In this document: one piece after another, positions 58,544 through 64,000 of the stretch
Layout of the letters: each line of letters opens with the position of its first letter
Position numbering within the stretch: position 1 is the first letter of the stretch
NCBI GenBank assembly: GCA_964372205.1
Contig: CAYJQB010000001.1
Span: forward strand, 13,180 to 77,179
From: Candidatus Woesearchaeota archaeon
GTDB taxonomy: Archaea > Nanobdellota > Nanobdellia > Pacearchaeales > GW2011-AR1
Direction: 5' to 3'
DNA length: 64,000 bases
The notes under the pieces: model-generated
The model's database searches: none
Told to the model about the DNA's origin: nothing
Seen by the model: only the letters and a program-made list of their open reading frames with translations
Translations under genes and position numbers: made by a program

Positions 58544-59401
58544 TTAGCTGAACATTATCGGGGTGATGAAGACTTCTATCAGTGCAGAAAGGAATAGGAC
58601 TACTACTGCCAAGATTATCAAGTTCAAAGAGTCCTGCAAAACCTCCCAGAATTTTTCAGAGCCAACTTCGTGTCTGATAACCGAAATAGAGACTATTCCT
58701 CCAGCCAAAGCTGCTATGAAATAAGAAGCTATCTCCGGAAGACCATGTATTAAGTATCTTAACAGACCTAACGGTAAGGCGCTTAAGTTAGACTTGGTGA
58801 AAATAGCTATAGCTGCAGCTATCACAGTCGCATTCCAAGCAAGAATGAAAATTACTCCCGCTCCGAAGATTAGAGAGAACACCAATGTGAATATCAATAC
58901 GTAGATGTTGTTTGCAAATATCAAAAACAATCTCTCCTTGTTTGTAGCAAAAACAGTAGAAGAAGTGCCCTTTACCCCATATTGCGAAACGCAGTTCTCA
59001 AAACTGCTTGGTCTATTAATAAGGCAGTAAGTCTCTATTTGCGCTTTCGAGGTTTGAGTAGTAGGAAGTAGAATGTACCAAAATGAAAAAGCGACAACAA
59101 ATCCAAGGAACAGCCATAGAAATGCCATCAAAGCCCGATTATGCTCCTTCAAAAGTTTAAACATGCCCATATGTTGAGTGGCCTTTTCTTCTTCTAATTT
59201 TATAACATAATACATAAAAGGAATTGAAAACATTACGGTAAATGTAACCACCAAGATACCAGAATAGTTAGCAAGTACTACATCTTGAGAGAATATCCAA
59301 TTGACAAGAAGTATTGAAATGCTTGCGTAGAATGCCCCAACAAAAAAAAGCTCCCATGGCCTCCTCTCAGCCTTCCGTGGACTTATTAACATCTCAAGCA
59401 T
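58544..59401 (-). CDS. SpoIIM-family membrane protein
   Basis: IFANN, HGLPEI, SALIEVFITP. Confidence 0.82.
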   Translation of the reverse strand: MLEMLISPRKAERRPWELFFVGAFYASISILLVNWIFSQDVVLANYSGILVVTFTVMFSIPFMYYVIKLEEEKATQHMGMFKLLKEHNRALMAFLWLFLGFVVAFSFWYILLPTTQTSKAQIETYCLINRPSSFENCVSQYGVKGTSSTVFATNKERLFLIFANNIYVLIFTLVFSLIFGAGVIFILAWNATVIAAAIAIFTKSNLSALPLGLLRYLIHGLPEIASYFIAALAGGIVSISVIRHEVGSEKFWEVLQDSLNLIILAVVVLFLSALIEVFITPIMFS

Positions 59402-59442
59402 AATTAATATTTAGGAATATTGCTTAAATAGTTTGCGCAAGA

Positions 59443-59832
59443 TTAACCTTTCTCAATCTCTCTCATCAAAACTTCCAATTCGGAATTGATTCTCACAATT
59501 TGATCCCTTAGCTGAAGTCTCATGTTTTCCAATCTGGCTATCTGATCGTTTACAACCGAAGAGGTTTCTGCGAATGTTTTTTTTACAAAAACTCCTGCAC
59601 CCACATCAACAAAAAGACTTTCTTCTTTTTTTTCAGTCTTCATAAATACCCCTCTCCCCAAAGGAGAAAGTATTTCTTTTTCCTCACTGTCTTCTAAAGC
59701 TTCAAGAGACAAGTTGAACTCTTTTAGCTCAACCATTTGTTGTTGAATGTAATTCATCTGTTCTTCTAAAGCCCTAGACTGCTGAATTAATGCCTCAAAC
59801 CTGATAAATTGCTCATTTTCAGTATTAGTCAT
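59443..59832 (-). CDS. pfdA: Prefoldin subunit alpha
   Basis: Coiled coils flanking EILSPLGRGVF...LFVDVGAGVFVKK. Confidence 0.88.
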   Translation of the reverse strand: MTNTENEQFIRFEALIQQSRALEEQMNYIQQQMVELKEFNLSLEALEDSEEKEILSPLGRGVFMKTEKKEESLFVDVGAGVFVKKTFAETSSVVNDQIARLENMRLQLRDQIVRINSELEVLMREIEKG

Positions 59833-59844
59833 AGAACAAGCCCC

Positions 59845-60246
59845 TTATGGAAGTTTAAAAACTTTCCTGAAGGCAAAGCTGAATATTATGGCTGATACTA
59901 AATACCACCAAAACCAGCTACCTGCCAAAGTCGTTTCAACAAAAACTCCTTTTATCCACCAGAAAACTATCAATACAGGGATTAAAGTTATTATCATAGG
60001 CTTCATGGAATGTCTAAACTGTTCCATACTATGATTTACCATCTCTTTGGAAAGCTCCATCTGCTTAGCAGGATCATTTTTATACTGCTTCATTTGCGCC
60101 TGTAATTCTTTTTGACGCTTACGAGATTCTCTAAGCTTATTTTTATCCAGCACAAAATAGTTTATTGCGCTTATGAACAAAGAAACCAATGCAGAGATTA
60201 CTACAATACTAATACGAGGATTGTTTTGAATAATCTCTATAATCAT
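59845..60246 (-). CDS. DUF106 / EMC3-TMCO1 (Oxa1 superfamily) membrane protein
   Basis: TM-coiled coil-MKPMIITLIP-WFWWY; next to secY. Confidence 0.85.
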   Translation of the reverse strand: MIIEIIQNNPRISIVVISALVSLFISAINYFVLDKNKLRESRKRQKELQAQMKQYKNDPAKQMELSKEMVNHSMEQFRHSMKPMIITLIPVLIVFWWIKGVFVETTLAGSWFWWYLVSAIIFSFAFRKVFKLP

Positions 60247-60276
60247 TATCACAAAAGGAAAAATCACTTTTTAAAT

Positions 60277-61662
60277 TTACCCTATAAACTTTCTAAGAGA
60301 AGGATGCATGTCTACTGCATGTTGCTGTGCTATATTCTGATAGAACTGATAAGTAATCATAACAGCGAGGAGAATTGCAGTCCCAGAAGTAAGTGCTCCT
60401 AACATATTAGCAATTGCAGAGAGTGCTCCAACAGCTAATCCTCCCATCACTGTTAAAGGCATGATGTATCTAGAAAGAATACTCTCTAAAATCCTCTGGT
60501 CTTTTCTGAACCCTGGTATTTGCAATCCTGAAGACATTATGTTTTTAGCCTGGCTAGCCGCATCCATACCGGCAGTCTTCACCCAAAATACAGAGAATAT
60601 CATTGCAAAAATCATGTAAAATAGTAAATGACTTATACCTTGAAGAATCAATGAGAACGTGAGATTTCCTCGTATTATTGCCTCTAACAAATTAGAAGAA
60701 CCCAACCAATAAGAAAGTCCGGATATAGGAACTCCATTAGAGAATCCTCCTAAGAAAGTAGCATACCCTAACCAATTTTCCAAGAGCCCTGCAAATAACT
60801 GTAAGTTAGCTATCAATGCCGAAACCAGAATCACCGGAATAACTGAAGCATAGAAGAAAGCTAGAGGCCATTTTACTCCAAACCCTCTAAGTCTGTCATA
60901 ACTTAAAGGTATCTCTACCTTCAGACTTTGCGCCCAAACCACTCCAAGAAATACTAAAATAGTGACTGCAATAATTGCAAGAGCCAAAGTCAATTGATTA
61001 ACGTCGCCATTTATCAAAGACTGAATAATAACTAATATCTGTCCAGTACATTGTCCCTCACCGAAATTTATCAAACAATTCTCTCCAGTAGGTCCCGTGA
61101 ACTGGAACAGCCCAGTAAATAGCTGTAATGCTACTCCTGCCAGGATGAACATTGAAACCCCTGAGCCGAACCCCCATTTGTTCATAACTTCATCCATAAA
61201 CATTATCGCAAAACCTCCCAGAATCAACTGAAATATAACTACTCCTGCAAATCCAGGAGCTGCCTGCAAGCCTTGCATCATAACATAAACGATAGCCTCA
61301 AAAAATATGAAAAAGATAACACCCAACTTCTGTATTCCTTGGAAAAGTCTTTTACCTTCTTCAGTCTTAGTATTAATATTAAGTATTCCAGAACCAACAA
61401 GCAGTTGAAGAATTATAGAGGACATAACTATTGGTCCAATCCCCAGACTGATTATACTTCCAAAATCAGTTCCGAGAATTGTTGCCAGAAATTTGAATCT
61501 TTCAAGGGCATTGGCGCTTAAACCATGAAGTGGTATATTATAGAGAACAAAGAAGATGCCCATTATAATCAGAGTCCATTTGAGCTTTGTGTTAAAACCC
61601 AACTTTTTTTCTGAAGGCTTCTTTACCTCAGGAATAAAATATAATATTTGTCTCAGTCCCAT
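60277..61662 (-). CDS. secY: Protein translocase subunit SecY
   Basis: KLKWT, LGIGPIV, KWGFGSG, IPGFR, GTAILL. Confidence 0.96.
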   Translation of the reverse strand: MGLRQILYFIPEVKKPSEKKLGFNTKLKWTLIIMGIFFVLYNIPLHGLSANALERFKFLATILGTDFGSIISLGIGPIVMSSIILQLLVGSGILNINTKTEEGKRLFQGIQKLGVIFFIFFEAIVYVMMQGLQAAPGFAGVVIFQLILGGFAIMFMDEVMNKWGFGSGVSMFILAGVALQLFTGLFQFTGPTGENCLINFGEGQCTGQILVIIQSLINGDVNQLTLALAIIAVTILVFLGVVWAQSLKVEIPLSYDRLRGFGVKWPLAFFYASVIPVILVSALIANLQLFAGLLENWLGYATFLGGFSNGVPISGLSYWLGSSNLLEAIIRGNLTFSLILQGISHLLFYMIFAMIFSVFWVKTAGMDAASQAKNIMSSGLQIPGFRKDQRILESILSRYIMPLTVMGGLAVGALSAIANMLGALTSGTAILLAVMITYQFYQNIAQQHAVDMHPSLRKFIG

Positions 61663-61693
61663 ATTTCTTTTAAACAAAACCGCTTTTTAAAAC

Positions 61694-62146
61694 TTAACGC
61701 TTCTCAGCGATTATTATCTCTCCGCCAGCTTTTCTGATAGCTTCTTGAGCTCCTTTGGAAGCAGCCTTTGCATTAATATTCATCTTTCTTACAGGAGAAT
61801 CATTTCCAATTATCTTGTATTTAGACAGGTCAAGTTCAATGAATTCCTTGTTATCCTTTCCAAGACCCCTTTCTATAAGCGACGAAATGCTATTGTTTAT
61901 TGTAGATATGCTAATGCTAGGGGTTGGTGTTTTTGGACCTCTTCTAAGAGTTTTATCCTTGCCAAAGTAGTCTCCTCCATACAACTTAGTCACTAAAGTC
62001 TTTTTCTGATCAGCTCTCTTTCCAGTTCCAGCCATTCCAACTCCACCTCTATGTCCACTACCTCTAGCTTTCTTTTTGAATCCTCTTCCATGGCTATGGC
62101 TACCTCTGAATCTTGTTGCCTTTTTTCTTTTTTTTACCCTAATCAT
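61694..62146 (-). CDS. rpl15: 50S ribosomal protein uL15
   Basis: RGSHSHGRG, RGSGHRGGVGMAG, AGGEI. Confidence 0.94.
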   Translation of the reverse strand: MIRVKKRKKATRFRGSHSHGRGFKKKARGSGHRGGVGMAGTGKRADQKKTLVTKLYGGDYFGKDKTLRRGPKTPTPSISISTINNSISSLIERGLGKDNKEFIELDLSKYKIIGNDSPVRKMNINAKAASKGAQEAIRKAGGEIIIAEKR

Positions 62147-62559
62147 AACATCTTCTCCACTAAGTCATTTATCTTCTCTTTATTGTCTCCAAGAACTCCT
62201 TTGTTAACACCAAAGTGCTTCTTAGTGTCAATTCCACCTCTAGGAGGATGCAGTCTGAAAAATGGTTTCAATCCAAGTTTTTCCATATCTTTTTTCTCCA
62301 ATTCTAAAGCGACTTTTTTTGAATCTATAGCTTTTCCGTCGACAGATTTTCCTCTTTTGGCCAGCAACTTTTCCAAAACATCATCTCTTATTGTTCCAAA
62401 AGCCACATGATTTCTTATTGTTTTCAAAAGTTTTCTATTCTCAGCATTGTCATGCATAAGAACAGCAGAATACTTCCTTCTTAATCTTGCTCTAAACATA
62501 GTCTCTGCTATATTTCCTGAAACATCCACTTGACCTGAGATTCTTATAACTAATATCAT
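62143..62559 (-). CDS. rpl30: 50S ribosomal protein uL30
   Basis: VIRISG, FRLHPPRGG, INDLVEKML. Confidence 0.94.
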   Translation of the reverse strand: MILVIRISGQVDVSGNIAETMFRARLRRKYSAVLMHDNAENRKLLKTIRNHVAFGTIRDDVLEKLLAKRGKSVDGKAIDSKKVALELEKKDMEKLGLKPFFRLHPPRGGIDTKKHFGVNKGVLGDNKEKINDLVEKML

Positions 62560-63344
62560 TGTGTTCTCCTTAGAGTTTTGCCCAATGCATCAACACATGC
62601 CTTCACATGATTGAAAGTCGTTCTAGTTTGGCCTTTGCTTGTAGCATAGACATCTTTCACTCCAGCGAGTTTCAGAACCTTTTTAAGTTCATCTCCAACA
62701 ACAAGTCCAGTTCCCTGAGGAGCAGGCATCAACTTTACTCTAACACTACCAGATTTTCCTTCAACAACAAAAGGAACTGTATGCTTTTCTCCACATGAAC
62801 AATCAAAATGAGCACATGCTCTCTCAACTCGAATCATATTCAACTTAGCTTTTCTAATTGCTTTTTCTCTAGCGGGCAAAGTTTCCTTAGCCTGTCCAGT
62901 GCCTATCCCTACATGACCATTCTTATCTCCAACAACAGCCATTGCAGAGAATGTCAATACGTTTCCTTCCATAGTTTTTTTCTGAGTTTGTCTCCATGCT
63001 CTCCTTTTTCCACCGCCAAATTTTCCCTTCGCTTGGCCTATAGAAATCAAATCAGTTTCAAGGTTTTTTAACAAGATATCAACTATTTCTGCTTCTAGGA
63101 TTTTCTTTCTGTTTTCAAGAATATTATCAAAATCTTTTTCATTTCCTGCTCTCACATCTTTTCCTATCTGAGTCTTTGGAGCCCAAGCATCAAGTTTGTC
63201 TTGATGATCTCTTCTTTCTCTAGCAGCTCTTTTTTCAGCAGGAGTTCCTTCTTCAACAAATTCAGGCTTTTCTAACTTTTCAAGATTTTCTGGAGTTGCC
63301 TCTATCAAATCTTTCGGTTGATTTTTTGTTTCTTTTTCAGCCAT
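62556..63344 (-). CDS. rps5: 30S ribosomal protein uS5
   Basis: WAPKTQIG, VVGDKNGHVGIG, PAPQGTGLV. Confidence 0.95.
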   Translation of the reverse strand: MAEKETKNQPKDLIEATPENLEKLEKPEFVEEGTPAEKRAARERRDHQDKLDAWAPKTQIGKDVRAGNEKDFDNILENRKKILEAEIVDILLKNLETDLISIGQAKGKFGGGKRRAWRQTQKKTMEGNVLTFSAMAVVGDKNGHVGIGTGQAKETLPAREKAIRKAKLNMIRVERACAHFDCSCGEKHTVPFVVEGKSGSVRVKLMPAPQGTGLVVGDELKKVLKLAGVKDVYATSKGQTRTTFNHVKACVDALGKTLRRTQ

Positions 63345-63825
63345 TCTTTATTTTCTCCTTGACTTTTTCAATCAAATTTAAGTTCCTATCTTCTTTTTTA
63401 AGCATTTCTCCCGGAAGAGCTTCTTCGCTGTGAGGAATATCTAATCCTGCATCAACAGCACCATTCAACACAGCATACAATCTTCCTTTCTTAATGTTTC
63501 TATGAAGTCCGATATCCAAGATTATTTTTTTGTTCTTTCCATATTTTTTACCAATCAAAAATCCTGTTAAATACGCTGCACCCAGATTCTTCAAGCTTCC
63601 AATTTTCTCTTCAGGCCAGCCATACTTTATCAAATCTTTTGAGGTGACGCCAAGAACTATTTTATCCTGTGCAACCTCTGTTTCGATTATCTGTGCCACA
63701 ATATATCTATTTGTCTTCCTGACTACTAATCTTGGTAGTTCAGATTTCAGAAGTGAAAATCTAGCTCGGTAATCAGTCTTTCCCTGTTTTCTTCTTCTTC
63801 TAATAGTTTTTTGTATTTTGTGCAT
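63337..63825 (-). CDS. rpl18: 50S ribosomal protein uL18
   Basis: RRRKQGKTDY, RLVVRKTN, AYLTG, GAVDAGLDIPH. Confidence 0.95.
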   Translation of the reverse strand: MHKIQKTIRRRRKQGKTDYRARFSLLKSELPRLVVRKTNRYIVAQIIETEVAQDKIVLGVTSKDLIKYGWPEEKIGSLKNLGAAYLTGFLIGKKYGKNKKIILDIGLHRNIKKGRLYAVLNGAVDAGLDIPHSEEALPGEMLKKEDRNLNLIEKVKEKIKNG

Positions 63826-64000
63826 TTATTTTTCTCCTAAATTCTTGACTCTTTCTTTTAATTGAGACAGGCTTTTATGTTGTCTTGCTCTGATTTCCTT
63901 TCTCAAAGTCAAATAATTTTCAGAGCTTATTTTTTGCTTTAGTTTAAGATTTTTTATATGCGCTCTAAGTTTTCTAGTTATAGCCATATATTCTTTTTTC
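63826..64000 (-). CDS. rpl19e: 50S ribosomal protein eL19, C-terminal part
   Basis: ...KKEYMAITRKLRAHIKNLK...ISSENYLTLRKEIRA...*; sits directly upstream of uL18 as in the spc operon. Confidence 0.8.
   Translation of the reverse strand, partial: KKEYMAITRKLRAHIKNLKLKQKISSENYLTLRKEIRARQHKSLSQLKERVKNLGEK

Noticed and set aside
104..63772. Numerous 60-190 aa ORFs antisense or out of frame to well-supported genes (e.g. 104-325, 2680-3123, 7052-7312, 22197-22688, 30392-30973, 38501-38728)
   Set aside because: Shadow ORFs overlapping recognisable genes or tRNAs, with no motifs of their own.

Overview
Gene-dense, AT-rich archaeal chromosome segment, most consistent with a reduced DPANN genome (Pacearchaeota/Woesearchaeota-like; inferred from archaeal ribosomal and RNA polymerase genes, AglB, XerA, short divergent proteins and an unlinked 5S rRNA). 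Left to right: (1) metallophosphoesterase plus Lhr helicase; (2) an unusual 4.8-6.8 kb locus with two convergent coiled-coil/winged-helix genes, each carrying its own DNA repeat, plus 10-bp-phased repeats upstream and a periodic CTCACTTTT array between them (origin- or centromere-like); (3) an accessory array of small genes (6.8-11.2 kb) in which single genes are separated by a conserved imperfect inverted-repeat site, one gene resembling a DGR-target C-type-lectin protein; (4) RecJ-like nuclease, SlyD, a metallopeptidase, a pilin-like protein and xerA; (5) the rpl21e-rpoF-rps13-rps4-rps11-rpoD-tRNA-rpl18e-rpl13-rps9 cluster, whose tRNA-Leu has an AAG anticodon; (6) a MacB/LolCDE-type ABC system, rpoN, rnp4, 5S rRNA, three tRNAs and secF/secD; (7) a roughly 29 kb surface-glycosylation island ending in AglH-like and aglB genes; (8) the end of the spc ribosomal operon with secY. 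The best candidates for an undescribed system are the repeat-laden wHTH gene pair and the neighbouring site-delimited gene-cassette array. All family assignments are from motif recognition by eye, not database searches.
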